Shown: positions 1 to 9,514, counted from the stretch's first letter. The stretch: DNA of 64,000 bases from Eubacteriales bacterium (GCA_045636605.1 JAZTXV010000027.1:15065-79064); one strand, 5' to 3'. Numbers and translations are program-made. Notes: generated from the letters alone by a model not told the origin.

Positions 1-81
1 CTTCATTTTCGCATTCATTTTTTCAACAATCGGGCGAAAATTACCGCCGTCAAAATCCATAATTCCGCAAATCGAACACAT
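1..81 (-). CDS. 5-prime end of a CDS that runs off the window; possibly an Ntn (class II) glutamine amidotransferase / asparagine-synthase-like N-terminus
   Basis: Reverse-strand ATG at 79-81 with AAGGAG (rc of 87-92) 5 nt upstream. It reads MCSICGIMDFDGGNFRPIVEKMNAKMK and then leaves the window. The Met-Cys start resembles amidotransferase N-termini, but 27 aa is too little to be sure. Confidence 0.3.
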   Translation of the reverse strand, partial: MCSICGIMDFDGGNFRPIVEKMNAKMK

Positions 82-319
82 AAAATCTCCTTAAATGCAG
101 GGCATAGCAAGGTCCTTGCTCCTGATATCAATGCTTTTTTCAGTATATGCTGCGCCCATAAAAAAGATACCATTCGCATTGCTAAATCCACTTGATATTC
201 TCACGTGCTTACGATACAACTAAACTGTGTGGGAATTTGATGCCCGTAGGGCATCCCTGCAAAAAAGCCATAATACCCGCCGACCTTGGCGACTATGATG
301 CTCCAAGAAGCAAACCGCA

Positions 320-350
320 CAAAAAATGCCACTCTAATGAGTGGCATTTT
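320..350 (-). terminator. Rho-independent terminator downstream of radA
   Basis: Hairpin AATGCCACTC-TAAT-GAGTGGCATT (325-348). The A6 run at 321-326 gives a T-run on the minus strand, a few nt after the radA stop at 355. Confidence 0.7.
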
Positions 351-354
351 GAAT

Positions 355-1725
355 TCAGTTGCTTGATTTGAAAAGCGAAAGCACGTCATAAACGCTTCTA
401 ACGTCAATAACGGATACGCCCGACGGGATTTTCAATTTGCTCTTGTCGCTCTTTTGCGGAATTGCAATCGTATCAAAGCCGAGTCGGTAGCTTTCGCCGA
501 TGCGCTTTTGCAAATCGGAAATGGAGCGACATTCGCCCGCAAGTCCAAGCTCACCAACGGCAAGCACGTTTGGCGGAACGGGAATGTCCTTAATGCTTGA
601 AATGAGAGCAAGCGCAAGGGCAAGGTCAATGCTCGGCTCGTCGAGCTTAAGTCCGCCAACTACATTAAGATAAATATCACACTGTGAGAACTTCAATCCC
701 AAGCGCTTCTCCAAAATCGCAATAATAAGACACGCCCTGTTGTAATCAAGACCGTTTGCCGTTCTTCGTGGTTGTTGGAACGACGTGGGAGTGACAAGCG
801 CCTGGATTTCGGCAATAATGGGACGGGTGCCCTCCATTATACAAACCGCACAGCTTCCGCTGACTCCCTCGGGACGACCTGCAAGAAGCATCTCCGACGG
901 ATTTTGCACCTCGCAAAGACCTGTATCGGTCATCTCAAAAACGCCAATCTCGTTTGTTGATCCGTATCGATTTTTAATGGCGCGGATAATTCTATACGAT
1001 TGCGATCGCTCACCCTCAAAGTACAGAACCGCATCCACCATATGCTCAAGCACCTTAGGGCCTGCAATAGTACCTTCCTTATTTACGTGGCCGACCAAAA
1101 TTATAGAAATTCCCTGACTTTTCGCCTTGGCGATAAACTTAACCGCACACTCTTTAACCTGGTTTATACTGCCGGGAATAGATGAGCACGCAGGGTCGAA
1201 CATCGTCTGAATGGAATCAATAATAATCACATCAGGCTTTATTTTGTCCGTTTGAGCTATTATCGAGTCAACATTTGTTTCCGTCATAACATACGTGTTA
1301 GAGCCGTTTACCTCAAGACGCTCAGCCCTTAGCTTAAGCTGTCCCTTGGACTCCTCACCCGAAACATAGAGGATTTTAGACGGAATTTTAGAGCAAATTT
1401 GCATAAGCAGAGTAGATTTACCAATGCCGGGCTCACCCGCCAAAAGAATGACAGAGCCGCTTACAATTCCACCGCCAAGCACTCTGTCAAGCTCGGAAAT
1501 CCCCGTGGAAGCACGTATATATTCGGGCATCTCCATTTCGTCGAATTTGACAGCATCGGGCGAATCAAAAACTATTGACGGGCGCTTCATCTTGCTCTCG
1601 GAGGGAGCCTGAGTGTACGTTTCCTCAACAAAGGTATTCCAGCTCTTACAGCTGGGACAGCACCCAAGCCATTTCGGCGATTGATAATCGCACTCTGTGC
1701 AAACATAAACAGTCTTATTTTTCAT
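355..1725 (-). CDS. radA: DNA repair protein RadA/Sms
   Basis: 456 aa. N-terminal zinc ribbon CTECDYQSPKWLGCCPSC, Walker A GEPGIGKST, KNRYG motif and a C-terminal Lon-like domain. Confidence 0.95.
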   Translation of the reverse strand: MKNKTVYVCTECDYQSPKWLGCCPSCKSWNTFVEETYTQAPSESKMKRPSIVFDSPDAVKFDEMEMPEYIRASTGISELDRVLGGGIVSGSVILLAGEPGIGKSTLLMQICSKIPSKILYVSGEESKGQLKLRAERLEVNGSNTYVMTETNVDSIIAQTDKIKPDVIIIDSIQTMFDPACSSIPGSINQVKECAVKFIAKAKSQGISIILVGHVNKEGTIAGPKVLEHMVDAVLYFEGERSQSYRIIRAIKNRYGSTNEIGVFEMTDTGLCEVQNPSEMLLAGRPEGVSGSCAVCIMEGTRPIIAEIQALVTPTSFQQPRRTANGLDYNRACLIIAILEKRLGLKFSQCDIYLNVVGGLKLDEPSIDLALALALISSIKDIPVPPNVLAVGELGLAGECRSISDLQKRIGESYRLGFDTIAIPQKSDKSKLKIPSGVSVIDVRSVYDVLSLFKSSN

Positions 1726-1894
1726 ATTTTTTATTCCTTTATTATAATTAAGCCTATAATTAAGCTTTTATAATTAAACCTTTCTTTATCATCAAGCCGT
1801 CAATGAAATCCATCAAGTCATATGACCTTTTTATACTTCAATTTTATCACATATACGCACGTATGTCAAATCATAACGTGATAAAATCACGACA

Positions 1895-2635
1895 TTATTC
1901 TCTCGACACCACCGCCGAAAAGATGGTTAGAGCCAATTTTGCCCGATATGAATCTGTTTTTAGACGTAAAAGCTCCTCTTGATTTGACAAAAACCCACAT
2001 TCCACAAGCACCGCAGGACAGTCAAGTGCGCTAAGCACGTAAATTTCCGTTCCCGCCCTCTTTATTTTTCTTTCGTTTTCGTTCTGCAAGTAAAGACGGG
2101 CTCTGTCCTGTATCTGTCTTGCCAACGGCTCGCTTTTGGGGCTTGCCGCCGAATAATAAACCTGTGTGCCGTAATATTTTTCTAAGGGAAATTTGTTCAT
2201 ATGTATGGAAACAAAAACTGCGCCCTCATGCTCCTTGGTAAGCCTTACACGGTTTTTTAGGTCGTATAGCTTTTTTTGGCCCGTGTAATCCTCTAAATCG
2301 TCATACATATCGTACAAAAGCGTGTCCTCGTCACGAGTCATAACGGCATTGGTCTTGTTAAGCTCGCAAAGAGCAAAAAGAATCCTCGAGATTTCAAGAT
2401 TAAGGCTCTTTTCAAGAGTGCCGTCATTGGCAACTGCGCCTGCATCCTCGCCACCGTGTCCTGCGTCAATCACAACCACAAAATCGTCGTTTTTAGGCAA
2501 AATAACGGACGATGTGTCATCGTTTCGCTTAGATATTGCTCCCGAAAGGGCAAGAGAAAAAAGCAAAATTGATAAAATAATTAAGATACCGAGCAAAAAT
2601 AGCCGTATCGCATAAAAGCCTAATCGCTTGTTCAT
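1895..2635 (-). CDS. cwlD: N-acetylmuramoyl-L-alanine amidase (Amidase_3), CwlD-like germination-specific type
   Basis: 246 aa. N-terminal TM helix followed by VVIDAGHGGEDAGA and VSIHMN amidase_3 motifs. GAGGTG RBS. Size and architecture match CwlD. Confidence 0.7.
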   Translation of the reverse strand: MNKRLGFYAIRLFLLGILIILSILLFSLALSGAISKRNDDTSSVILPKNDDFVVVIDAGHGGEDAGAVANDGTLEKSLNLEISRILFALCELNKTNAVMTRDEDTLLYDMYDDLEDYTGQKKLYDLKNRVRLTKEHEGAVFVSIHMNKFPLEKYYGTQVYYSAASPKSEPLARQIQDRARLYLQNENERKIKRAGTEIYVLSALDCPAVLVECGFLSNQEELLRLKTDSYRAKLALTIFSAVVSRE

Positions 2636-2702
2636 AGCATCACCTCAAAAAATATTACGCAGTGATGCAGAAAAATATTACAAATTCAAACCTGTCTTAA
2701 AT

Positions 2703-3479
2703 TCAAATACCGTAGACTCTGCGTGCATTTTCATAGGTTTGACTCATCATTTCCTCAAAGGTAACTCCCTTTATCTGCGCCAGCCTCTCGCACGTCAGCG
2801 CCACGTACTTTGGGTGATTAAGCTCACCCCTGTGCGGCACAGGCGGCAAATACGGAGAGTCCGTTTCAATAAGAAGCCTGTCAAGCGGCACACACTCTGC
2901 GCTCTCGACAACCTTTCGCGCATTTTTATATGTCACAGTACCCGAGAACGAAATGTACCAACCACGTCTGACAAGCTCGCTCGCCATTTCGCACGAGCCG
3001 GAGAAGCTGTGGAAAATTCCCATAACGTCGGGAAAATCACGAATTACATCAAGACAATCTCCGTGTGCATCTCTGTCGTGAATTACAACGGGCAATCCAA
3101 GACGGCGGGCAAGCATCATCTGCGCACGGAAAAACTCCATTTGTCTTTTTCTGTCACTGTCCTCATAGTGATAGTCAAGACCAATCTCTCCGAGGGCAAC
3201 AACCTTCTTCGAGGACAAAATCAGCTCCTCAAGAGCCAAAAGAGCATCATCCATATCGTCATAAAAGCGAATGTCATACGGATGAATTCCGCAGGTAGCA
3301 TAAATTTGCTCAAATTTTTTCGAAAGCTCAATGCTCACCCTTGAATTTTCAAGATTAGTGCCGATATTTACAATAGCGCCAACCCCGTTTTCAAGCTGAT
3401 GACGAATGTAATCGTCAAGTGAGCCGAATTCATTTTTTATTCTCTCATCATCGCAATGAGCATGTGTATCAAATAGCAT
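2703..3479 (-). CDS. tatD: TatD-family metal-dependent hydrolase (YabD-like)
   Basis: 258 aa. Starts MLFDTHAHCDD and has TatD-family His/Asp motifs (IFHSFSG, ETDSPYL). Lies directly downstream of metG, as in Bacillus. Confidence 0.85.
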   Translation of the reverse strand: MLFDTHAHCDDERIKNEFGSLDDYIRHQLENGVGAIVNIGTNLENSRVSIELSKKFEQIYATCGIHPYDIRFYDDMDDALLALEELILSSKKVVALGEIGLDYHYEDSDRKRQMEFFRAQMMLARRLGLPVVIHDRDAHGDCLDVIRDFPDVMGIFHSFSGSCEMASELVRRGWYISFSGTVTYKNARKVVESAECVPLDRLLIETDSPYLPPVPHRGELNHPKYVALTCERLAQIKGVTFEEMMSQTYENARRVYGI

Positions 3480-3496
3480 AAATCACCTTATCAAAT

Positions 3497-3520
3497 AGGG
3501 CGTTGTAAATGCAACGCCCT
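3497..3520 (-). terminator. Hairpin between metG and tatD (weak terminator or attenuator)
   Basis: AGGGCGTTG-TAAATG-CAACGCCCT, 9-bp GC-rich stem. On the minus strand it is followed only by ATTTGA, so the T-run is poor. Confidence 0.4.
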
Positions 3521-3567
3521 TTGTCTAACTTAAGTTAAAATTTGTCCTTGTGCCGGCTTCTCGGCTC

Positions 3568-5508
3568 TTATCTTATTCTTTCGCCGTTAGGTGTTTCATC
3601 ATCAAGGAAGATAACCCTTACCGTTTCCTCGCCCGATGCCAAAATCATACCATTAGACTCAATTCCGCAAAGCTTAGCGGGCGCAAGATTTGCAACGAGA
3701 ATAATCTTCTTACCGATAAGTGCCTCAGGCTCATAGAATTTGGCAATTCCCGACACAACCTGACGCTTTTCGTAGCCCAAATCAACAACAAGCTTCAAAA
3801 GCTTTTTCGCCTTCGGAACTCTTTCACACTCAACAATTTGCGCTGTGCGAAGCTCTACCTCGCAGAATTTATCAATGCCGATAATGGCACATCCCTCGGG
3901 CTTTTCGGGCTTTTGGGGCTGCGTTCTGCGCTCGGCATCGGCACGATCCGCCTCGATTTGCTCAAGCAGGGCCTTTTCGTCAATTCTGCTAAAGAGAATT
4001 TTGCTCTCGCCAACACTCTTGCCACTCTCAAGCTTGCCAAACTCAATATCACAATAATTTACAAATTCCGTGTTAAGCTCTCTGAAAATCTCTTCACACG
4101 TGGACGGAATGAATGGAGAGAGAAGCACAGCGCCCACTCTTATCGCCTCAAGAAGATTGTAAATAACAGTCGCAAGACGTGGCTTTGTTTCCTCGCTCTT
4201 TGCCAAAATCCACGGAGTCGTTTCGTCAATATACTTGTTCGCGCGACTGAGCATATCAAAAATAGCCGATGTCGCATCAGATACGTGATAGGAATCCATA
4301 AGTGCGCAAACTCTGTCATAAGCAACGGCGCAAGCGGCCTTCAAATCTCTGTCAAGCTCCGTTTCCTCGCTCGGAGTGGGAATTACACCGCCAAAGTATT
4401 TTTTTGTCATCGCAATCGTACGGCTAACGAGATTTCCGAGATTGTTTGCAAGGTCCATATTGTAGCGAGTGATGACGCTCTCGTAGGTGATGCTTCCGTC
4501 ATTTGCGTACGGCATCTCGGAAAGAGCATAATATCTTACGCCGTCAACACCGAAATAGCGGCTAAGCTCATCTGCATAAACCACATTACCCCTCGATTTC
4601 GACATCTTGTCCGTGCCGAACTTGAACCAAGGATGCGCAAAAATCTTCTTGGGAAGCGGAAGGTCAAGCGCCATCAAAATGATAGGCCAATAAATCATAT
4701 GGAAGCGCACAATGTCCTTGCCGATAATATGAACATCGGCAGGCCAATATTTTTGGAACAGCTCAGGCTGTACCTCGTTTGCGGGATCGTAGCCAAGACC
4801 TGTTATATAGTTTGTGAGTGCATCAATCCAAACATAAGTTATGTGCTTAGGGTCAAACTCAACGGGAATACCCCACGAAAACGCAGTTCTCGAAACGCAA
4901 AGGTCTTGAAGACCGGGCTTAAGGAAGTTGTTTACCATCTCGTTTTTTCTGCTTTCGGGCTCAATAAAATCGGGATGCTCCTCAATATGTCGCATAAGAC
5001 GCTCGGAGTAGTTGCTCATTCTGAAGAAATAAGCCTCCTCGCTCGCCTTGGTCACATCACGCCCGCAATCGGGACACTTGCCGTCAACAAGCTGTGTTTC
5101 GGTAAAGAATGACTCACACGGAGTACAGTACCAGCCCTCATATGTGCCCTTATATATATCGCCCTTATCGTAAAGCTTCTTGAATATGTGCTTAACAGCC
5201 GTCTTGTGATAATCATCTGTTGTACGAATAAAATGGTCGTGCGTTGAGCCCATAAGCGACCAAATTCCCTTGATAATATCAGAAATTCCGTCAACGTATG
5301 CCTGAGGCTCAATACCTGCCTCACGGGCAAGATTTTCAACCTTTTGTCCGTGCTCGTCAGTACCCGTCATAAAGCGCACATCAAAGCCTCTTTGCCTTTT
5401 GTATCTTGCATACGCGTCAGCCATAATAATCTCATAGGTGTTGCCGAAATGAGGCTTAGCCGAGGCGTAAGCGATAGCAGTTGTCATATAAAATTTCTTG
5501 TTGTCCAT
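3568..5508 (-). CDS. metG: Methionine--tRNA ligase with C-terminal tRNA-binding (EMAP/Trbp111-like) domain
   Basis: 646 aa. Has the class I aaRS signatures (AKPHFGNTYE in the HIGH position, KMSKS), the zinc knuckle CPDCG and a C-terminal tRNA-binding domain. Confidence 0.95.
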   Translation of the reverse strand: MDNKKFYMTTAIAYASAKPHFGNTYEIIMADAYARYKRQRGFDVRFMTGTDEHGQKVENLAREAGIEPQAYVDGISDIIKGIWSLMGSTHDHFIRTTDDYHKTAVKHIFKKLYDKGDIYKGTYEGWYCTPCESFFTETQLVDGKCPDCGRDVTKASEEAYFFRMSNYSERLMRHIEEHPDFIEPESRKNEMVNNFLKPGLQDLCVSRTAFSWGIPVEFDPKHITYVWIDALTNYITGLGYDPANEVQPELFQKYWPADVHIIGKDIVRFHMIYWPIILMALDLPLPKKIFAHPWFKFGTDKMSKSRGNVVYADELSRYFGVDGVRYYALSEMPYANDGSITYESVITRYNMDLANNLGNLVSRTIAMTKKYFGGVIPTPSEETELDRDLKAACAVAYDRVCALMDSYHVSDATSAIFDMLSRANKYIDETTPWILAKSEETKPRLATVIYNLLEAIRVGAVLLSPFIPSTCEEIFRELNTEFVNYCDIEFGKLESGKSVGESKILFSRIDEKALLEQIEADRADAERRTQPQKPEKPEGCAIIGIDKFCEVELRTAQIVECERVPKAKKLLKLVVDLGYEKRQVVSGIAKFYEPEALIGKKIILVANLAPAKLCGIESNGMILASGEETVRVIFLDDETPNGERIR

Positions 5509-5517
5509 ATTGTTACC

Positions 5518-6672
5518 TTATACCCTTTCTCCGCCGAGATAAACTGTGTCAATCTCGGGGTTGTCAATATCATTAATCACAATAAAATCCGCAGAATACG
5601 ATGGCGCAATTTTGCCAATACCGCTCGCCTTTATCATATTAGCGGGATTTGTTGTCGCATACTTGATAGCCTCGCAAAGCGAAATACCGCAGAAGCTCAT
5701 AAAATTCTTAAGCGCCTTGAACATCGTAAGCGTGCTACCTGCAATAACTCCGAATTGGTTCACCGCAACGCCACCCTTGATGCTAACGCTTATGCCGGCA
5801 ACCTCACTTGTAAAGCCCTCATCTGTGCACGCAAGCGCAATAGAATCCGTAATAAGCACAAGCCTGTCTGACGGCTTCGCCTTGTATGCAAGCTTTACCA
5901 TAGCAGGATGCGAATGATATCCGTCACTGATAAGCTCCGCATACGCACCGTCACAGGTAAGTGCCGCAACAGTAGCACCGGGAGTGCGGTGATGAATTTT
6001 GGTCATAGCATTGTATGTGTGCGTAAAGGAGCATGCGCCAAGCTCGGTCGCGTGTAATGCCTGCTCATAGGTTGCATTAGTGTGTGCGATTCCAACCGTG
6101 ACACCAAGCTCATTTGCCTTTTTGATAAATTCGTCGCCACCCTCAACCTCAGGCGCAATAGATGCGTGAATCGGTAGCGGAAGCATATCGGGGCAGAGCA
6201 CCTCAAGCTCGTGTGCATTTGGATTTACCAAAAGCTCAAGCGCGTGCGCCCCCTTCATATCGGGATTTAAATATCTGCCCTCAAGGTGAATGCCGATAAT
6301 ATTTGCGTGTCCACTCTTAAAGGACCTGTTTTCGTCTATTGCGTGAACAGATTTTTGCCAATGCTCAAAGGTGTCAGACGCAAGCGTCGCCATAAAAGAG
6401 GTAGTACCCATTTTTGCGTAAATTTGGCGCATATGCTCAATTTGCTCCGCGCTTGCAAAGTTAAAATCAAGCCCACCAAGACCGTGAGTGTGCACATCAA
6501 TAAGACCGGGGATAAGATATTTGCCATCAAGGTCAATAATCTCATACCCGCTCGGCACATCGCCCGTGGTTATGTCAGCAATAGCCCCATTCTCGCAAAG
6601 CACACTCGCCCTGTCGAAGGCCTCGCTGTCGCTGTTAAAAATATATCCGTTAATAAAAGCAACCCTGCTCAT
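5518..6672 (-). CDS. nagA: N-acetylglucosamine-6-phosphate deacetylase
   Basis: 384 aa. Has the IDVHTHG and IGIHLEGRYLNP motifs typical of NagA. GGAGAG RBS. Its stop lies only 9 nt before the metG start. Confidence 0.9.
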   Translation of the reverse strand: MSRVAFINGYIFNSDSEAFDRASVLCENGAIADITTGDVPSGYEIIDLDGKYLIPGLIDVHTHGLGGLDFNFASAEQIEHMRQIYAKMGTTSFMATLASDTFEHWQKSVHAIDENRSFKSGHANIIGIHLEGRYLNPDMKGAHALELLVNPNAHELEVLCPDMLPLPIHASIAPEVEGGDEFIKKANELGVTVGIAHTNATYEQALHATELGACSFTHTYNAMTKIHHRTPGATVAALTCDGAYAELISDGYHSHPAMVKLAYKAKPSDRLVLITDSIALACTDEGFTSEVAGISVSIKGGVAVNQFGVIAGSTLTMFKALKNFMSFCGISLCEAIKYATTNPANMIKASGIGKIAPSYSADFIVINDIDNPEIDTVYLGGERV

Positions 6673-6711
6673 AATTCTCTCCGTATTAGATTATATTTTG
6701 CTTATTCTAAT

Positions 6712-6740
6712 ATTTTAACAGAATTTTTATAATATATCAA
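6712..6740 (-). promoter_or_regulatory. Sigma-A-type promoter for nagA-metG
   Basis: Minus strand reads TTGATA-17 nt-TAAAAT, with TGT immediately 5-prime of the -10 (extended -10). Lies about 40 nt upstream of the nagA ATG. Confidence 0.5.
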
Positions 6741-6762
6741 GTGTATTTCAAAATTTTTAAAC

Positions 6763-6792
6763 AAAAAAGGAAAGAGCTGTACTCTTTCCTTT
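6763..6792 (-). terminator. Rho-independent terminator after the membrane-protein gene
   Basis: AAAGGAAAGAG-CTGTAC-TCTTTCCTTT hairpin. The A-run at 6763-6768 gives a T-run on the minus strand. Confidence 0.65.
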
Positions 6793-6800
6793 AAAAATTC

Positions 6801-7535
6801 TTAAACACTCTGAATCTCAACGGGGATTTCCGCATCAATAGCCGCATCCTCTGTCCTCGGCTTTGCCGATTTCGGACGGGGAGCAAATGCGATGAGCGAA
6901 TAGAGAAGCGAGAACAAAACGCTGATATCGTAGTAAAGCGAGTAAGATGCCACAAACTCAGCAATGAAGTATGCTTCCATATAGTTGTAATACAAATCAA
7001 GGAATAAAACAACACCGTGAATTATGGGAACGATAATGAGTAATGCGATTTGAATAAGAACGAAAATAAGAGGAAGAACGGAGTATTTTCCATTTACCTC
7101 AATTGAGATGTCCTCAGCCTCGTTTGCATAAAGGTGGAACTTAAAGCCGCCAAGCGACCAAATGTATGTAATGCAAGAGGTCAATGCGTAAATGACGGAA
7201 ATCCAAAGCACCATAAACGAAACCAAGAAATAAAGCAAGAACACAACGGGCCACGAAATAAGGTAAATTATAAACTGCGTTGCGTGTCTTGTCTGCTTAC
7301 CCTCGTCGGAAACGAGTGTGTGCAGAAAATCAATGGGAAGCCTTACGGTCTTGAACAAAAAGCTATTCAAAACGAGTGAAGCGAAAAGCAAAAAGCTGTA
7401 AAGCACAAACGGAATCATAATAAGTCCCGTAATAACGGCGGAAAACGGATCCATAGCCTTGTACTTTTTAAACCTAAACGCCTCTTTAAAAAGCCGTACC
7501 GATTTGTCCAAATAGTCAACAGAAAACAAATTCAT
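6801..7535 (-). CDS. Hypothetical polytopic membrane protein
   Basis: 244 aa with AAAGGAGA RBS and about 5-6 hydrophobic helices. I recognise no motif. The C-terminal tail is charged and Pro-rich. Confidence 0.6.
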   Translation of the reverse strand: MNLFSVDYLDKSVRLFKEAFRFKKYKAMDPFSAVITGLIMIPFVLYSFLLFASLVLNSFLFKTVRLPIDFLHTLVSDEGKQTRHATQFIIYLISWPVVFLLYFLVSFMVLWISVIYALTSCITYIWSLGGFKFHLYANEAEDISIEVNGKYSVLPLIFVLIQIALLIIVPIIHGVVLFLDLYYNYMEAYFIAEFVASYSLYYDISVLFSLLYSLIAFAPRPKSAKPRTEDAAIDAEIPVEIQSV

Positions 7536-7638
7536 AAAAAATCTCCTTTAATGTCAAATTTGAGCATCAATGCCCCTGTATTTATGCTATCACATAATAT
7601 CGTCTGTGTCAACTGCAAATTCACCTAACACAAGAATC

Positions 7639-9474
7639 TCAATCAAAAACATATCGTTTCCAGTAAGTGTTACAATATGTAGATTTCAAATACTCAGCCG
7701 CCGTTTCCGCATTAGCCAATCCTGTCTCGCTGATAACATCTCTACCGGACCACGCTCCTCCTGACTTTGAATAATACCAGTCATCCGTGCCTTCAAAGAT
7801 TGCTTTTGTAAGCTTGGTGCAACCATAGAATGCCTCGTAGCCTATTGAGGTTACGCTATCGGGAATTGTTACACTTGTAAGCGAGGAGCAGTTCTCGAAC
7901 GCATAGTCACCTATCGTGGTCACGCTATCGGGTATAGTTACACTTGCAAGCGAGGCGCAACCATTGAACGCACATGTACCTATCTTGGTCACGCTATTCG
8001 GAATTGTTACGCTTGTAAGAGAGCCGCACCAAGAGAACGCATAGCTACCTATCGTCTTTACGCCATTTCCAATAGTTACACTTGTAAGCGAGGTACAACT
8101 CCCAAACGCATAGCTATCTATCGAGGTCACGCTATCAGGGATTATTACGCTTGTAAGCGAGGTGCAACCACAGAATGCATAATTCTTAATTTCAGTTATT
8201 GTGTCGGGAATTACAAGGTCAATTACAGGAGTTCCGTTAAGATACAGATCCGTTCCGTTAGATAATGGTGTTGAATAAATGTTGATAAACGGAAGGCTAC
8301 ACCATTGTTCAATCGTTCCAAGATAATTTACGCTCGTAAGCGAGGAGCAGTTCTCGAACGCACCTTCACCTATCGAGGTTACGCTATCGGGTATTGTTAT
8401 GCTTGTAAGCGAGGTGCAATTTTCGAACGCATAGTTATCTATCGAGGTTACGCTATCTCCAATTGTCACACTTCTAAGAGAGGTACAACCATAGAACGCT
8501 TTGTAACCTATCGAGGTCACACTATCTCCAATAACTACACTTTCAAGCGACATGTAACCTTCAAATGCGTTTGACGGTATCGTGGTCCCGCTGGTTATTG
8601 TGAGCTTTCGCAGATTGCCTTTTGGAATGTATGAAATTAGCGAGCAAGGAACAGACGCCTCCTTCATGCCCGTGCAATACCTGAAGGCGTTTTCATCGAA
8701 CAAGAGAGGGATATCGGGGATGTTGATAGCCTCAATGTCGTCACGGCCCTCAAAGGCATAAGCCTTTATTATGTAACACTCGCCGTTATGATGCTCCGGC
8801 AGGTTGACCGTGTCGCTGCTGCCCTTATAATCTGTGAGGTAATATAGCTCTCTTGCCTTTACAAACACAAACCCGTCCTGCTTTGAAACGGAAGTTGCAG
8901 ACAGCACGGCAATCACTATTCCGATAGCCAGGGCAACAGAAGCGACAATAATTGACATTTTTGAATACTCGTATTCTCGGCTTATGTAATTTCTGGAATG
9001 GTAAACTTCCTTTTGAAAAAGATTTTTGACAAAAATTGACGAGCAAATAATTGCGCCAAGTGAAAAGAATACCCAAAGAGTAATAAAAAGTCCGCTTAGT
9101 CCGTCACTTTTTACGTCATATGTATATAAATTTGAGAACAATCCTATGCCGGCAAACAATGCCAAAATCACAGGAGAGGCAAGTGCGGCGGTTTTTAAGG
9201 CCTTGAAAATTTTGTATTTCTTTAAAGCCTTTGCTTCCGCCTCCGCATCCTCAGCGTTAAAACGGGCTCTTTCGGTAGCGCATACCTTTTCAACGGCATC
9301 GTTAAACTCGTCGTTTTCTCTTGTTAGTCTTTCGTAATATTCATCTCTCTTTTTTGAATATAAGGAAATCGGGCTCCTGCTGACCTTTTCTGTCAGCGGC
9401 GGCAAGACCTGACCGTCAAGCATTTGTACGTGCTTCGCTTCCATATTTGGAATGGTTGATTGACGAAAATCCAT
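7639..9474 (-). CDS. Membrane-anchored BspA-type leucine-rich-repeat protein
   Basis: 611 aa with GGGGGAG RBS. About 95 aa of charged N-terminus, three predicted TM helices (aa ~95-194), then LRR units of the form IPDSVTSIGxxAFxxCxSLTSVT. Confidence 0.85.
   Translation of the reverse strand: MDFRQSTIPNMEAKHVQMLDGQVLPPLTEKVSRSPISLYSKKRDEYYERLTRENDEFNDAVEKVCATERARFNAEDAEAEAKALKKYKIFKALKTAALASPVILALFAGIGLFSNLYTYDVKSDGLSGLFITLWVFFSLGAIICSSIFVKNLFQKEVYHSRNYISREYEYSKMSIIVASVALAIGIVIAVLSATSVSKQDGFVFVKARELYYLTDYKGSSDTVNLPEHHNGECYIIKAYAFEGRDDIEAINIPDIPLLFDENAFRYCTGMKEASVPCSLISYIPKGNLRKLTITSGTTIPSNAFEGYMSLESVVIGDSVTSIGYKAFYGCTSLRSVTIGDSVTSIDNYAFENCTSLTSITIPDSVTSIGEGAFENCSSLTSVNYLGTIEQWCSLPFINIYSTPLSNGTDLYLNGTPVIDLVIPDTITEIKNYAFCGCTSLTSVIIPDSVTSIDSYAFGSCTSLTSVTIGNGVKTIGSYAFSWCGSLTSVTIPNSVTKIGTCAFNGCASLASVTIPDSVTTIGDYAFENCSSLTSVTIPDSVTSIGYEAFYGCTKLTKAIFEGTDDWYYSKSGGAWSGRDVISETGLANAETAAEYLKSTYCNTYWKRYVFD
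7801..8538 (-). repeat. In-frame tandem 69-bp (23-aa) LRR units, 3 + 6 copies
   Basis: Recurrent strings such as GGTCACGCTATC-GGGAATTGTTAC-ACTTGTAAGCGAGG on the plus strand, with 69-nt periodicity. The protein units begin at aa 313, 336, 359, 421, 444, 467, 490, 513 and 536. Confidence 0.85.
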
Positions 9475-9514
9475 TTTCTCCCCCTAATATACTTTTTCAT
9501 ATTTTCATTATTAT

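Noticed and set aside
82-316. A ~235-nt leader upstream of the truncated first gene, with hairpins (GATGCCC-TAC-GGGCATC, AGCAAGG-A-CCTTGCT). A T-box or riboswitch is possible.
   Set aside because: I could not find the T-box consensus (GGTGGTACC-like) or any riboswitch core I recognise, and the downstream gene is unidentified. An Rfam scan would be needed, so it is not reported as a feature.
201-407. A 68-aa ORF spanning the radA stop and terminator.
   Set aside because: It overlaps the radA 3-prime end and its terminator hairpin, and has no RBS.
1826-1885. Inverted repeat TTTATCAC...GTGATAAA with an inner ATACG-CA-CGTAT and a GTCAAA word, considered as a CtsR operator or the cwlD terminator.
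   Set aside because: Only one GTCAAA word is present, so there is no heptad direct repeat. The stem has a ~27-nt loop and no clear T-run. The evidence is too weak to call.
2628-3344. A 238-aa ORF antisense to tatD. Similar long antisense ORFs occur at 14802-15578 (in comEC), 54361-54924 (in EIIA) and 60611-61396 (in GH2).
   Set aside because: All lie wholly inside strongly supported genes on the other strand. They lack RBS signals and recognisable motifs, and their composition is typical of antisense frames.
3550-5112. A 520-aa ORF antisense to metG, tempting in the light of sense/antisense aaRS-origin ideas.
   Set aside because: It has no RBS or promoter. Its composition is Arg/Leu/Asn/Ile-rich and low in complexity, as expected for the reverse frame of a codon-biased gene. 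It lies entirely within a well-supported CDS. I treat it as a frame artefact.
5509-5517. I expected a T-box leader upstream of metG, as in many Firmicutes.
   Set aside because: Only 9 nt separate the nagA stop from the metG start, so there is no room for a leader. metG appears co-transcribed with nagA from the promoter at 6712-6740.
7801-8538. Regularly spaced nucleotide repeats that superficially resemble a CRISPR array.
   Set aside because: The period is 69 nt with no unique spacers. The repeats are in frame and encode LRR units of a long ORF. There are no cas genes.
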